A stretch of DNA of 64,000 bases from the human T2T-CHM13v2.0 reference genome, Homo sapiens: the NCBI RefSeq assembly GCF_009914755.1, contig NC_060936.1. One strand, 5' to 3'. This document shows positions 13,751 through 27,639 of the stretch, one piece after another (position 1 is the first letter of the stretch; each line of letters starts with the position of its first letter). The notes beneath the pieces were generated by a model that saw only the letters and a list, made by a program, of their open reading frames with translations, had not been told where the DNA came from and ran no database searches. The translations under genes were made by a program, and so were the position numbers.

Positions 13751-14892
13751 GTTAAATTGTTTTTTAAATGTATAAATCCATCTGTCCAGCAGTTTCACTA
13801 TGGGCTTCTAGTTTTCTGTCCTATAAAAATGAAAGTGCTGGTAGGTAAAAATATATCATGAAAGATGTGTATTTCAGCATTGTTCAGAATGGCCAGGATA
13901 TAAAATAATATCAAGAATAAATTAAAAAATCAACTTTCCACAATGTAAATGCCCTTAATAGGAGAATGAATGGTTGAATAAATTTTGGAATGTTAGGCAA
14001 CCCTTAAAAATAAAATTTTTGAACTAATTCTCTCATTGCTATCCTTCATGTATTGAGTGAAAAAAAAAGATGCAGAAAAATGTTTGTTTTATGATCACAT
14101 TTTTGTGAAAAAAGTACTAGAGCCCTTAAATTTATGTGTGCATTTATTCACATGCATGGGGGTATATTATTATGGGAGTGGGGAAATAAATATGAAAATG
14201 ATACATTAGGTTGCTAACATGGGTTATTTGTGATGGTTGGGCAGAGGAATAATGTGAGTAGAGTAAGGGGAGAGAAAGTTGGAGACAGCAAACAAAACAG
14301 AATAAACATATAAAATCACATTTTTCAATGTACGTAAAAGTTATATGTTAATATAATAAATTAAGGAGATAAAAGCAAAACAAATGGCAGAACTCTGAAT
14401 TTCAATAGAAAAACAAACGAAACCAGAATCCCAAGGAATAAATTTGTTAGCTAATATTTTCACGCAGAAATTGAACTTCCATCATTCTTGTCAGTGGAAA
14501 AGAATTATTAATATAACAAATGAGCCAGGCAGAGTCAATATCTGATTTAATACAAGGCATAATCATAATTGAAGATACAGAAATCAAGCAATGAAACATA
14601 ATGTAGAGTTAGCTTCAATTTTGAATCTTCCTAGGGCTTAAAGTTTTCTAGAATAAGTTTTTCATAGCAAAGGATTTGTTTGCCCACAACTATTAAGCCA
14701 CAGAGAAAAATAAACTGCTTTAATTAATCAATGTTTGACGCATTGGTGGTGTTTTCTTCATCATTAAATAGACTATCTTTCTGTTATGATTAATTGATTT
14801 ATGAAGCCACAATACCCGGGCTGAAAGGGCATGAAAGGTGAACAGGATACATTCTTGCTATGTCTGTAGACAGAAATTCTTGCTCCAATGAA

Positions 14893-15113
14893 GTAGTTAT
14901 CACAGTGTGGTCCAGGTATCCCTGAGGATTTCCAAAACTTTTTCAGGTACACAAGGTTAAAAACTTCTTTTGCAATAATACTAAGACATTATTTGCCTTT
15001 TATACTGTCATTATCTCACAAGAGTATCTTGGAGTTTTCCAGAGGCTACATGATATTTTATATCTCAGCAGATTAAACTCAGAAGCAGACACTAGAATTT
15101 AGTGCTTTTCTAT
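14893..15113 (+). mobile_element. Charlie1 (hAT) fragment
   Basis: ataatactaagacattatttgcctttt ... ggagttttccagaggctacatga ... agaagcagacactagaat. Confidence 0.8.
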
Positions 15114-15121
15114 TTTTAAAA

Positions 15122-15506
15122 TATAATAAACTGATAATTGTAAGTAGAGTGTTTCTCTGAGTTCTATGAGCTGTTCTAGCAAATTACTTGAACCTAAGAA
15201 AAGGGTTGTGTGAACACTAATTTATAACCAGTCAGTCAGAAGCACAGGCTACAACCTCGGGCTTAAGTGGGCATCTAAAATGGAGATCTATCTTTAAGAA
15301 ATGAGCCCTCGGTCTAAAAGATCTGACACTATCTCCAGTAGATAGTGTGGGATTGAATTGGAGGACACTCAGCTGTTGTTTGCTGCAGAATCTTGGTTTG
15401 TATATGGGGAAAACCCTCACATATCTGGTGAAGTGTTGTGTTGAGTGGTGTGTAAGAGAGAAGAAAACACTTTTGTTTTGTTTTGTTTTGTTTTTCTGTA
15501 TTTTTA
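15122..15506 (+). mobile_element. MER21 LTR 3' half (inverted relative to its 5' half)
   Basis: tataataaactg ... gtgtttctctgagttctatgagctgttctagcaaatta ... gatctgacactatctccagtagatagtgt ... gaattggaggacactcagctg. Confidence 0.85.
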
Positions 15507-15548
15507 GGTACCATGTTACATTTTTATCTTACTTAAAGGATAGACAAG

Positions 15549-15973
15549 ATTACAAAGGATTTTACAAAGTACACAGATTAACAGCCAGATTAAAGGGATG
15601 CAGAGAGCGGGGTATGGGAGAAGCTTCCATGCCCTCTCTGGGTGCACCACCCTCAGTAACCTCCGCGTGTTCACCTATCAGGAGGCTCACTGAAGCCTGT
15701 CTTTTTGGAATTTTATGGAGACTTGATTAAGCAGATATGGTTGATTAAAACTTTGGCCATTGGCGATCAACTTAATCTTCAATCCCTCTTTTTTCCCAGA
15801 GGTGTTTCTAAATCAGCTGACACTTTTTAAAGTGCCCCAGCCACCAGTCATCTCAGTAGCATAAAACAAACAAACAAAAAAACCCACTCATCACTCCAGA
15901 GATTCCAAGGATTTTAGGCTTTGTATGCCAGAAAACAGGAACTAAGACTAAATATAATTTTCACAATATTACG
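15549..15973 (-). mobile_element. MER21 LTR 5' half
   Basis: Reverse complement reads gtaatattgtgaaaattatatttagtctt ... cctaaaatccttggaatctc ... gagggcatggaagct ... atcctttgtaat. Confidence 0.85.
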
Positions 15974-16613
15974 GTACCATTTTATCTTTTCCAAGTGTAA
16001 GATTGATACTCTCACACTCTATTGTTGGGAGTGTAAAAAAGTCAAACTATTGGGAAACACAGTCTATTCAAAATTAAAAAAAAAACTATTTTACTATAAC
16101 TGAAGCATGCCTCCTTTTCTGTATGCAATCTATGGGTGTATTAATGTTGGCTCAGGTCTGCAATAAGAGAAGCATAGCCACATTCACTGAAGCACAGCTT
16201 GTACCACAAAAAAGTGAGAACAATCAAAGTGTTTATAAATAGAAGAATTCTGCAATAAGTTATGGATTCTCTCTTCAATGACATCCTATGAAAGCAATAA
16301 AAATGAATGATGTTGCTTCTAGGGTGCTTGTATGAAAAGCTTCCCAACAGACAACTATTCTGATTATCATTAATGCAGTTCAGATTTTTAAGTTAGTTAC
16401 AGAACAGTATGAGTGATATATACTTTATACTTTATATATATATATATATGAATACATGTATACATACAAATTCTAGTACATGAATAAGTGCTCATGGAGG
16501 GAGTATGAGTGTGTAAGACTGTGGCATGTGTGTTTTTCTATATCTATTTTCTGGAAGGCTACACAAGAACTAATTAATAGTGAGAATTTCCAACAGTGTT
16601 AAAGGTAGACTAA

Positions 16614-16964
<351 letters not shown>

Positions 16965-17983
16965 TTTGCTTCACTTTTATCTATCTTTGTTTATCTATAT
17001 TGTTTATCTAATGTTTGAGTTTTTTAAAAATTACAAACCTTTAGTTTTAATAATACATTTTTAAAAATAACATCTTAGTTACTAAAAAATCAATGCAAAT
17101 ATTATCTTCTTTTAGGAGTTTGCCTTCAGGAAGACATAATTGTGTTAAACACAGAAAGCTTCTTGAAAGGGAATAAAAAAAAATACAGGCGGATTTGTTC
17201 TATGATAAAGTTAAATTCCAGCCAATAAGCATTTTTAATCATCTACTGAATGAAGAGACTGTACTCTATGCTGCTGCTAGGACCTGAAGATGAACTAATA
17301 TGGACTGTACCAACCCAACAATTTGCCATTACGAGCTCAAGTATCCTTAGTCCCGGCAGGTCTGCAGCACGAATAGTATAGGGTGGAAGAAAGAGGTATT
17401 CGCAGTTGCTTGGAAAATCAGGAGCAAGAAAAGCCCTAGGAAAAGCTTTCCCTCAGGGAACTGATTAATATTTCATGGTTCTGACATATGCCTAGAGACA
17501 GAAGTGACAGTTAAGGAGAGGAAAATCAGACAGAGAATAAAGAAGACAGAGGGAAAAAGCAGCAACTTCACATGAGTGACTAACAGCATTTTCTCTGTCT
17601 AAAGAGTAAGGCCTAATACTTATTGAGAATTCACTCTGGGCTTTGGCTAAAAAAAATAAAAGAGTTATTAAAAATGACAGACTAATATTATATATCTATG
17701 TAGCATATAGTATGTATATTACACATTATATGACATATATCATGTTCTATCATCTAGATCACATATTATTAAATAGCTAATGTACATTCAGAGCATCATG
17801 TTATTACCATTTCAAATCTTCCCAAGCTATTACCTCTTAACTCTCTCAGAGAGATGTGATTTTTTTCTGAGAGGGGGAAACACTATTTCTGAGAGGTTGA
17901 AAGCCCATTAAGGTTTCATGGCAAGGAAGCAGTATGGTGGGGGCCTTGATGTTAAAGTCCTTAAAAATTTCACTGTACTTTTT

Positions 17984-18272
17984 TTTTTTTGAGACAGAGT
18001 CTTGCCTGTTGTCCAGGCTGGAGTTCAATGGCACGATCTCAGTTCACTGCAATCTCCGCCTCCTGGGTTCAAGTGATTCTCCCTGCCTCAGCCTCCCAAG
18101 TAGCTGGGATTACAGGCACTCACCACCATTCCCAGTTAATTTTTTGTATTTTTAGTAGAGACGGGGTATCACCATGTTGGCCAGGCTGGTCTTGAACTCC
18201 TGGCCTCAGGCGATCCACCCGCTGGGCCTCCCAAAGTGCTGGGATTATAGGTGTGAGCCACTGCACCTGGCC
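17984..18272 (-). mobile_element. AluS (Sx/Sz-like)
   Basis: Full dimer; TSD CACTGTACTTTTT at 17971-17983 and 18273-18285. Confidence 0.95.
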
Positions 18273-18687
18273 CACTGTACTTTTTATTTAAATATAATAT
18301 ATCCTTCCATATCCCGCAACTTATGCAGCAGAGAGACCTATTTCTCTATTATATCCACCAAACTTGCACAACAACTTCAAATTTTGCATCTCATAACTGT
18401 CACACTTTAAATATTGTTTATCTAATGTTTTCATTTGTTTTGAGCTCCTATGTCATCATCAAAAAAACTTTCCTGAGCACCTACTGTGTCCAGGGCATTG
18501 TGTTAGAGGCAATAGATATAAATTAAAAAGGAAAACAATCTATGCTTCAAAGAGATTGATAATTGATTTCATGAAAAGGGAAACATATAGAAAAAGATGA
18601 TAGTTCCATAAGGCAAGAAATGGCAAACGCTAGGTAAAAAATACAATCAGAAGGTGACATAGAAGTTCAGAGAAAGGAAACTTTTAT

Positions 18688-18755
18688 TAAGCTTTGTAGT
18701 CTTGGGAAACTTCCTTAATTTTCTTAGCCTCTGTTTCCTCATCTGTGAGGTAGGA
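18688..18755 (+). mobile_element. MIR core fragment
   Basis: cttgggaaacttccttaattttcttagcctctgtttcctcatctgtga. Confidence 0.7.
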
Positions 18756-18829
18756 CCATAGAGACCATTTAATAAACAGACACTACTATTAATATTTTCT
18801 ACTCTTCCTCCCCTTATCCTCTCCCTTTC

Positions 18830-20450
18830 ACTTTCAGAGGTGGTCTTGAAAGACAGTTGGTGGTTGGAGGGAGATAGGGAAGGTCATCCCAATAGGCAGA
18901 GTTTTAGGCAACGCGTCTGGTTATCCACCTGGCCATTTGGAAAGTGGCCCAACATTAGAATATATCCAAATTCATGGATGGCTGCTCAGGGACTTGTAAG
19001 GGGAAAAACTGGAAGATTGGAGGCAAGGAGAACTGAGATAGAGAAATCTGAATGCACACATTAAAGAAGGCACAAAGTGTGAATATCTTAGAATTAAATG
19101 TTAGATTAGAGCGCATTCACCACAGAGTAGGCATCCAACAATGAAGAAGACAAAATGACTCAGACAGTGGATGTCATCCAGACTTTGAGATTCATTACCC
19201 TAGTGGTGGCATAATGGCTTCATAGAGACAGTCCTCTGTGGCAGAGATGGAGACCCTATCCCCCCAAAATGGGTGGGCTTCCATTTACCAACACTGATAT
19301 AGCTTCTACCAATGCTAAGTGTCTAAACTGCCAGCAACAAAGAAAACGCTGAACTCCTAACATGGTACCATTTCTAGAGGAGCCCAACTAAGTATGTGGT
19401 GGCAACTTGATTATATTGAGTCCCTTCCAAACTGTAGGAGACATAGGTACATTTTAACAGGAGCAGACACATATTCTGTGCATGGTTTGCCTTTCCTTTC
19501 TTCATGGCCTCAGGTCAGCACTACTATCCAAAGTCTTAGAGAACGTTTGCTCCACTAGCACTGGCTGATACCACAAAACTTTATTTCCCAAAAGGTAATC
19601 TACTTTAGAGGATAATAGTAGGCTTCTTACCATGTGATTCACCGTTTATATCACATATTGTGTCTTCCAGAAACTGCTGGCCTGATAAAGTGCTCGAAAG
19701 ACCAACTAAGTAGTACATGCCAGCTCAGAGCCAACACTTTGAGGGTGGAGTGCCAATCTCCAGTTTGCTACATATACCTCAAATCAAAACATATAACATG
19801 ATATTATATCCCTCATAGAAGTACATGGGTTTGGAAACCAAATACTGGAAGCACGAGTGGATGAGATCATCCATTTCCGCAAGTCTGGGCTATGGATAAT
19901 TCAAAGTTCCTGTCCCTCAGAGGGGGAGAACTTCAGCCAGGGGGCACAGCAGGATGCTTATTGAACTATTTAGGCCCTTGTGTTTAGGGATCAGCAAGTA
20001 ACTTGGCCTGGGCAATTGATCTGATTATCAGGTGGAAATAAAACTGATATTACTGCACGGGAGCAGGGAAGAATATGTTTGGCATCTGAGATTTACTTGA
20101 GCACCTCTTGGCATTTCCAGGTAGATAGCCAAGTGCAACAGCTTTGGTTTGAGAAGGGCATGGTGACCAACAGCTCAGACCCCTAAGGGATGAAGATCTC
20201 TAGTCTGTCACCAGGTAACCCCAAAGACAAGCAACTGAGGGTAAAAGAAGCTTAGAGTGGATGATAAAATAGAGAGAGGAGCATTATCATTTGTAGCTTA
20301 AACATCAGCTGCAGTGGTCAGGAATATAGTAGGTCCCGTTAACCTCCCTCTTCAAAATTTCTTTCAGGAAAAGGGACACACTGCAATCCTGGAGGAGCCG
20401 CTCTGTGGATGCATATGAAAAATGGAATCATAGATGTGCAAGGGATTGAA
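18830..20450 (+). mobile_element. ERVL (ERV3-16A3-like) internal region: decayed RNaseH/integrase
   Basis: CLNCQQ at 19320-19337 (integrase Zn finger) and in-frame WWQLDYIESLPNCRRHRYILTGADTYS at 19397-19477, resembling ERVL integrase WWQVDYIGPLP...GIDTYS; many stops and frameshifts; PPT-like caagggattgaa before the LTR. Confidence 0.85.
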
Positions 20451-21185
20451 TGGCGAACACAGATGTGGCCCACAAAGATCCTTAACAACTGCTGGGTGTA
20501 CTGCCAGCAGACAGCTTTAGAGAGGAGCCTCTTCAGGAATTACTTCAGCTATAGAGACCCACTTTTTCCAAGATCATGTCTTTCCAGGGGTGGTCCACAT
20601 TTAGCGACTGATCTAGGCAAAAGTAAAAAAAGTTCAAGCCCTTTTATCCCAAAGTGGGGCAACTCTGTTGGGCCATTTCAGCTTTTAAATTCCTTGTGGT
20701 GTTGGCTGATGTTATTGGGTTGGCCTGGCAGCCCTACATACTCTTCTCCCCAATCTTGTTTTTTTCCCTTTTCATTCATGGCTTTTGATCTCAAGGCACT
20801 TCTTTTTTAAAAAAATTTTTACCTCATTTTTTTTGGACAGGGTCTCACTTTGTTGCCCAGGGCAGAGTACTGTAGCACAACCATAGCTCATTGCAACCTC
20901 CAGTTCCTAAGTCATCCTCCCACCTAAGCCTCCTGTGTAGCTAGGACTATAGGTGCATGCCACCATGCCCTGCAAATTTAAATTTTTTTTTCGTGGAGAA
21001 AGGGTCTTGGTATACTGCTCAGGCTAGTCTCAAATTCCTTATCTCAAGTGATCATTCCCTCTTAGCCTCCCAATGAGCCATTGCACCTGGTCCCAAAGGC
21101 ACTTCTTAATAAGCATCCTGCATGCTAAACCCTGTCTATAAAAGTCTTTAAGAATTGGCTTTCTGTAAACCCCAGCCAGCAATAC
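20451..21185 (+). mobile_element. LTR16-family 3' LTR (ERVL)
   Basis: ctcttcaggaattacttcagct ... ggggcaactctgttgggccatt ... aataagcatcctgcatgctaaac; directly follows the ERVL internal region. Confidence 0.75.
20805..21093 (-). mobile_element. AluJ inserted in LTR16
   Basis: gacagggtctcactttgttgcccagg ... catagctcattgcaacc; TSD AAGGCACTTCTT at 20793-20804 and 21096-21107. Confidence 0.9.
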
Positions 21186-21994
21186 ATAACTATTTTGAAG
21201 CCTCCACAGAACTCTTGAGCATTTGCTACAAACCAGCCAGCAATCTCCTCCCATCCAAGTTTTTCAGTGTATAAACTCCAATCTCTTCGCAAAGTGTCAT
21301 CCTGCTCCACAAAGAATAAACTAGTTATTGATTATGTCTTCTTTGCTTTCTATACACTCCAATCAAGCTGTTTCCTCCTTCATAGTGTGATGTGAACCCA
21401 TATTGTAGGCTTTTACTCATGAAATGACTATATTATTAAAAGAGAGATTCTCTCATCTCTAAGCCCTTCCTTATGAAGAAATTTGTAAATAAATTTATTA
21501 ATGAATTACCTATCATGTTTTTCTTACTCAAAATAAATCAGGTGCCCTATAGCTGCTGAAGCCTTGCTTGCATCTTAGTAATAATAAAGTTAGTGGCTTT
21601 AAAATGAATTCTAAAAAACTCAAAATTACATGTATTTATTCTTTTCATTTCTTATTCTCAGACTTGAATTGGCTCACTATTCAAAGTATAAGTAATGTAA
21701 ACTTTTCAAGATGATGCTATTCATGAATTGTCTCTTCTAAGCCCAAATTACATAATTTTCTAGTTTAGAAAAGGCTTTGGTATATCTCATTCCTATAGCA
21801 CTCAAGTTTATCATCAACTTTATTGAGGAGATTTTTAGATTTTAAATACTTGAATTTTGTTTAAAATATCAGACACATGTAAACTTGTCTGACTTTTAAT
21901 TTAGCAGGAAAAAAGCTTAATATTTCAACAAGACATTTACCCTGAAGAGAAACAATAACATGGAATAAAATAATTAGAACATCTTTCATTTATT

Positions 21995-22870
21995 AGAATA
22001 GTGAAAATACAAAAACAAAACAAAACATAAAAACAACAATACCAAATGCTGGTAAGAATGCTGAATACATTCATTGCTGGTAAGGGTGAAAATGGTATAG
22101 CCACTTTGGAAAACAGTTTGGTCAGTTTCTTGAAAAAAACTAAACATAGCCTTACAAGTGGTCCAGCTATCCCTTTTCTAGTTATTTACTGAAGTAAGTT
22201 GAAAATTTAGGCTCACCCCAAAATCTGTACACAGATGTGTATAGATTTATTCATAATCCTCTCAAACTAGAAATAACAAAAATGTCCCTCAAATGGTGAA
22301 TTGATGAACAAATTGTATGTAGTATATCTATATAATAAAATATAATTCAACAACAAAAAGATATGTGCTGTCAAGCCACATAAAAAATGTAGAAATCTAA
22401 TATGCCTATTGCTTAGTAAAAAAGCCAGTCTGATAAGGCTACATACTGTATGATTCTAAATATATAGTATTCTAGAAAAGGCAAAATTATAGAGACAATA
22501 AAATATTTGTGGTTTCCTGGGATTGAGGGGAAGAGGAAGATTGAGCAGGTGCTAGACAGGGGCACATTAGGGCAGTGAAAGTATTCTGCATGATATTATA
22601 ATGGTGGATTCATGACACTATGCATTTGTTAAAACCTATAAAACTGTAACACAAGGAGTGAAGCCAAATGTAAACTATGGACTTTGGTTAATAATAATGT
22701 ATCAATATTGGCTCATCAATTATAACAAATGTACCACATTAATGCAAGATGTTAATAATGAGGAAGACTGTGAGGTGATAAAGAGGGGATATAAGGGAAT
22801 TCTCTGTACTGTGTTCTCAATTATTGTAAACCTCAAACTTCTGTAAAAATCCTATTAATAAGATAAAAAG
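21995..22870 (+). mobile_element. L1MC/MD-type 3' end
   Basis: aaaatggtatagccactttggaaaacagtttgg ... aatgtaaactatggactttggttaataataatgtatcaatattggctcatcaattataacaaatgtaccac. Confidence 0.85.
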
Positions 22871-22877
22871 GAAAATA

Positions 22878-22909
<32 letters not shown>
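22878..22909. repeat. (TG)n(TA)n compound microsatellite
   Basis: Direct read. Confidence 0.95.
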
Positions 22910-24319
22910 ATCTTACCACCTTAAAAATATTTGCTAATGTTAAATTGTCTAATATTTTAAGACAGCTATGAGATATACATTTTTATTATCTTAGAAAACT
23001 TGAGTTGGGGGCAAGATAAAGCACATAGTAGAAATTTATTAATTGCCCAATGTGAATGGCAAAATGTTTGACTTATGACACTTGAAGGAGGTCAGAAATT
23101 CTACCAATTCTATTTACTATTTCATTCAATTCCTATCTCAACTTCGAAGTAAAATGTCATCCTTGTTTTTATTGGAGAGTGTTATAAATCAGGAATAGGA
23201 AAAAGAGGGGTTGTAGCTGATGGGGTTGGATTGGCAGGGAAAGGAGAGGGATAACTCATTAGGTGGAACATAAAAAGGGAAGTCCGAAGGGCAATCCAAC
23301 ATGCAGTCCCTGGAGGAATACCAAATGGAGGAGGAAGCATAGGCCAACCCACTAATGAGAAGTCAGTATGAAACTGGCAATATTGTAATTATTTAGACTA
23401 TAAGTGGTGAATTTGAAAAGCACACAGTGTTCTTTTATCAAACTAGTCTAATCAGAGGGCATAGAATATATGTTTTCAGATGTATAAGAAATTCCTAAAT
23501 TGGAGACTAATTGTGATACTCTTTGACCTGGGATTTTAAGAAACGAGTATGAACTGAAGTTTGGATTCACTCTAGAGGACTGTATTACAGAGAGATAAAA
23601 AGAAAGAAAGGGGCTTCATGACCTTCATATAAAAAAGTGATACTTGTCTAACTTTCCCAAACAATACCCCGACATGAGAGGAGAGTAAATAAACACCCAG
23701 GGAGCATGGGAGCAGAATCCAAACAAACAAACAAACAAAAAACCCCAATTTAAGAAATATCTTTGAAGTTTTATACTTTAATTATTCATTTGACTTTTAC
23801 AGCCTGTGATGTACTTGCAATTGTTTTAGTATAAGAAAACTGTGGTATGGTGCTCAATATGAAGTAAAATGGATACTCTGGAAAGGTGTGTTTTATTTAT
23901 CCTACAATTTCATACACATTCACGGGCAATGGCTTTGGGGTATAAGCACTCCAATTTGTGAATAATCTACCTAGAAATCCCTGAGTTGCACTTAACTTCA
24001 GAACCTGCATAAGATGAAGGCTCATGGCTCCAAATATCATTAGCTATTTGATATTATACAATTAAAACTATTTCTTATCTGTAAAGTGGTAAAATCTACC
24101 ATATAAAGCTACTTTGCAAGGCTGGCTGCAGGACCTGCTCTAAGTCACTTTATGGGATGATTTCTATGTGTCTGAAATCTATAAAATTTTACCATTCTCA
24201 TTTTAAAATTAAGATTCCTTGGCTCTTATTAGTTCATGGAGATCCAATTTTGAAAGTATATTTATGGATGAGTGAAGTCAACATTTTCTAGTGAATAAAC
24301 TTCAGAAAACCAGTAATAC

Positions 24320-24500
24320 AATTTGAGTTTCATTTCATAGGTTTATCATGTAGTAGCTATGCAACTTTGGACCAATAACTTAATGTTTCTGAGATTCAGT
24401 TTCTCATCCACAAATGGCAGAAATTTTATATCCTGCCGTTAGTCACTCACGGGAACTTGTGAAGACTAAATAAAATAATGGATATGAAAATGCTTTTTCA
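24320..24500 (+). mobile_element. MIR
   Basis: agctatgcaactttggaccaataacttaatgtttctgagattcagtttctcatccacaaatgg ... gtgaagactaaataaaataatggatatgaaaatgctt. Confidence 0.75.
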
Positions 24501-25997
24501 TTGCTGATTCTACCATCTAACAGTGCTTTACATCCTATTTCTAGAATTGTATTATTTTAAGGCAATATTGTAAAATTGCTTTCTGGAATTCTTGTATTCA
24601 TAAAGTAACTTATCACCAGTTAGATATCAGAGGCCTCTTTCTCCTCAGGACAAGAATTTTGATTGCTTACTGTTTCCTCTTGCTCTCTTGTTTTCATCAT
24701 TTCTACTTGGAAGTTGTGCTGCTGGCCATAAAAATAAGATTTAGGGTTGCACATAGAACCAACTCTTTATTATTGTAAATGTTGCAAAATGATAATGTAT
24801 AAGAATAAGCAAAGAATATAAAGAGTCTTTATATTTTCATATATCTATAATGGTAATGTATAATAAACAAAAAAGTTAAAAGTCTAAAATCACTTTTTAT
24901 TTGGGTTTAAAATTATATTTATACTTATATATGAATAAACATATCACTTCTATATTGGATATTCATCAAAACAATAAAGATATCCCTATAGCTATACTTA
25001 GTTCTTCATCTTTCCTCACTTTTGAAACAACAAATAAATTTCATCATTTATTTGATTGATGCAAATGATCTCACTAGAGCAGACCTATCTTTTTTAGTTT
25101 TTTGAGTTGTTTCCCCCGGCACAAAGGCAGTCAATATATTTATTAAAATATTATCTTTTTGAATTAATTATTTTATTAAAATAAGAATTTCACTATGTCA
25201 AAGAAATCATAAAAGCAGCAGATTAAGTAACAAATATTTGAAAGCAAGATGTTTACAGATAATTTATAACTTTTTGATTATACATAATTAACTTTCAGGT
25301 AATAAAAATGTTTATCCCCAAGAAGATTAGGTGTATATTGAAATGGGAGGTTATACAGAAAAATTTATTTGAAAATGTTAAAGGTTAGAATTATTTTCAT
25401 AAAATTTTAGTTTTATGTATAATGAAGTAATCTTTTTACATAAACATGTATCAGTGCCACCACTCTTAATTACTATCACGCTACTCATAAGGAAAGATTA
25501 CATTATGCACTAATGTGGAAAGAAGAATTTTATTTAATTTGCACTCATGTCCAATAAAAATTAAATATTTCATAATTTTTAATATGTAACATTTTAATTA
25601 CTGATAAGTTAGCAAGAAATGTTTTTTGGTTTGATTTTGCTATAAGATGATTCTGCCTCTAAATTTCTACTTTGACCCCAAAAATGGTATTATGCTAAAG
25701 CTTCAGTGCTTTCAAATGAACAGCTCGTATGTAAGAATTAGTCCAAGTTCTGTATCAATTTCTTATTTTAATCGTTGAGTATTGGGATTATATTTTGACA
25801 TTTCTAGCTGTCTTTGTGCTGTTTTTTTTTTTTTTCCTGTAAGTTCTTCACATGAAACCCAAAGATTATACCCTTACTTAATACGGTACTCTTTAACAAC
25901 TACTTTTAGCAGAACCGGGCTTTCTGAACCAATAAGAATACAGTGATAATATTATATACTCCTTCCCTGAGTGTAATTTATGCAAGTATAACCTCAT

Positions 25998-27047
25998 TGT
26001 GTTCGTTATTTATTGCTGTGTAACAAAATACCCCAAAATGTAGTGACCTAATAAAACAAATATTTATTATCTCATATGGGTAAGGAATTTAGGAAGAGCT
26101 TAGGTGGGTAGTTCTGATTTAGAATCTCTAGTAGCCAGAAATCTGAGATGGCCTCCATGACTCCTGACTCCTAGTATTCAAACCTTTACGTAATCCTCTT
26201 TTAATCAATAGAATATGGCAAAAGTGAAAGGATTTTCCAGATATGATTAAATCTCTAATCTATTGTCTTTAAGTTAATCAAATGGAGATTATCCTGCATA
26301 GGTCTAACCTATTTGGATGAATGACCTTGAAGAAGCAAGCAACCATGAATTCTACAGTTGCAAGGAAATAAATTCTGTCAGAAGCATCTTGGAAGAATAC
26401 CTGAGCTCCTTAAATCAGCGAAGCTTAGCCTTAATTTAGCCCTGTGTAACCCTCAACAGAGAACCCTCTTAAGCTGTGTCTGAAATCTTGATTCATGAAA
26501 AACATAAGATAATAAATATATGCTGTTTTATGCCATTTAACGTGTGGTAATTTATTAAATAGCAGTAAAAAACTAATACAGGGTCTTTCCTGAAGTTGTA
26601 GTCAAGGCATCAGCTCAGACCAAAGACATCTGAAATCTTGACCAGGTTGATGGACTCTCTTCCAAAACAGCCTACTTAATGTGACTATTGGCTCAAGGCC
26701 TCAGTTCCGTGCCATGTGAACCTCTCCCTTGGGCTTCTTGAGTGTCCTCAGTACATAAAAGTAAGTTTCTACCTTTCCATAACTGCCTCATTTACACTGT
26801 GACATGGTAGCATGGTCTCCTCCAAAGTGAGTGATGAGGGTTGGGGAGGAGAAAGAAAGGTTGAATATGTGCAACATAGAACTCACAATTGCTTTATAAA
26901 CTATCTTGGAAGTAATGTCTTATCCTTCTAAAGTTAAATTTGCCAGAAATGAATCACTAAGTCTATCCTACACTAAGGGAGGGGGTACAAAGCTCCAATT
27001 GTCAAGGAGAAATATCAAAGAATCCATGGATATATCTTAAAAACTAT
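25998..27047 (-). mobile_element. MLT1 (MLT1F-like) LTR, split by a second MLT1
   Basis: tattgctgtgtaacaaaataccccaaaat ... resumes at 26581 with tgaagttgtagtcaag ... atcaaagaatccatggatatatcttaaaaac. Confidence 0.75.
26129..26580 (+). mobile_element. MLT1 (MLT1E-like) LTR nested in the opposite orientation
   Basis: tagccagaaatctgagatggcctccatgactcc ... caaggaaataaattctg ... ggtaatttattaaatagcagtaaaaaactaataca. Confidence 0.78.
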
Positions 27048-27639
27048 TGTAGGAAAGGTTGATATTTGAGTCTGTAAAATAAAATGACTATAGACAGATT
27101 AAAAGAGAAAAGGCATACGAATTTATTGCATGCACATGTGTGCACACAGGAGTCACAAAAAATATGAAACTCAAAGAAGAGCCAGATGACTGAAATTTTA
27201 GTTTCATAGAGAAAGGAAAAGAGGGTTGAAGCATGGTGACAGGTTATGGAAAGGGGAGGGGAGGAAAGGCATGGTGAGCAAAGGCTTTGTTGTGATGCAG
27301 ATGAAGCTTCATGGGTAGCAGTCCTGAGGAAGAATAGATGGGAGCCCATAGTAAAATGTTCTCTGTCAAACTTCCAAAAGTTTCAGACTTTTAGTCTCCT
27401 TTTCTGTTAATCACTTCCTAGATTCATATAAGGCAAATAAGGGTGGGGGGTGGGGTCAGATAAAGCCTATTTGCGTCTGCTGTTTATTTCACTAATGTAG
27501 ATTTCCTTTACAGATGCAAATCTCTTCCACAAAAGGACAGCTTTTCATAGCTATTCCTGTGTCTGCAACCCCTCTAAATAGCCATCTCAAAATATACCAA
27601 AGAAACATATTTTGCTGTGGCATATTTTGGTTTCCTTCA
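27048..27639 (-). mobile_element. MER4-group (MER34-like) ERV1 solo LTR
   Basis: Reverse complement begins TGAAGGAAACCAAAATATGCCAC and ends CCTACA; same family as the LTR at 61926. Confidence 0.82.

Noticed and set aside
20409-20810. Longest ORF in the window (133 aa)
   Set aside because: Lies almost entirely in LTR16; no protein similarity recognised.
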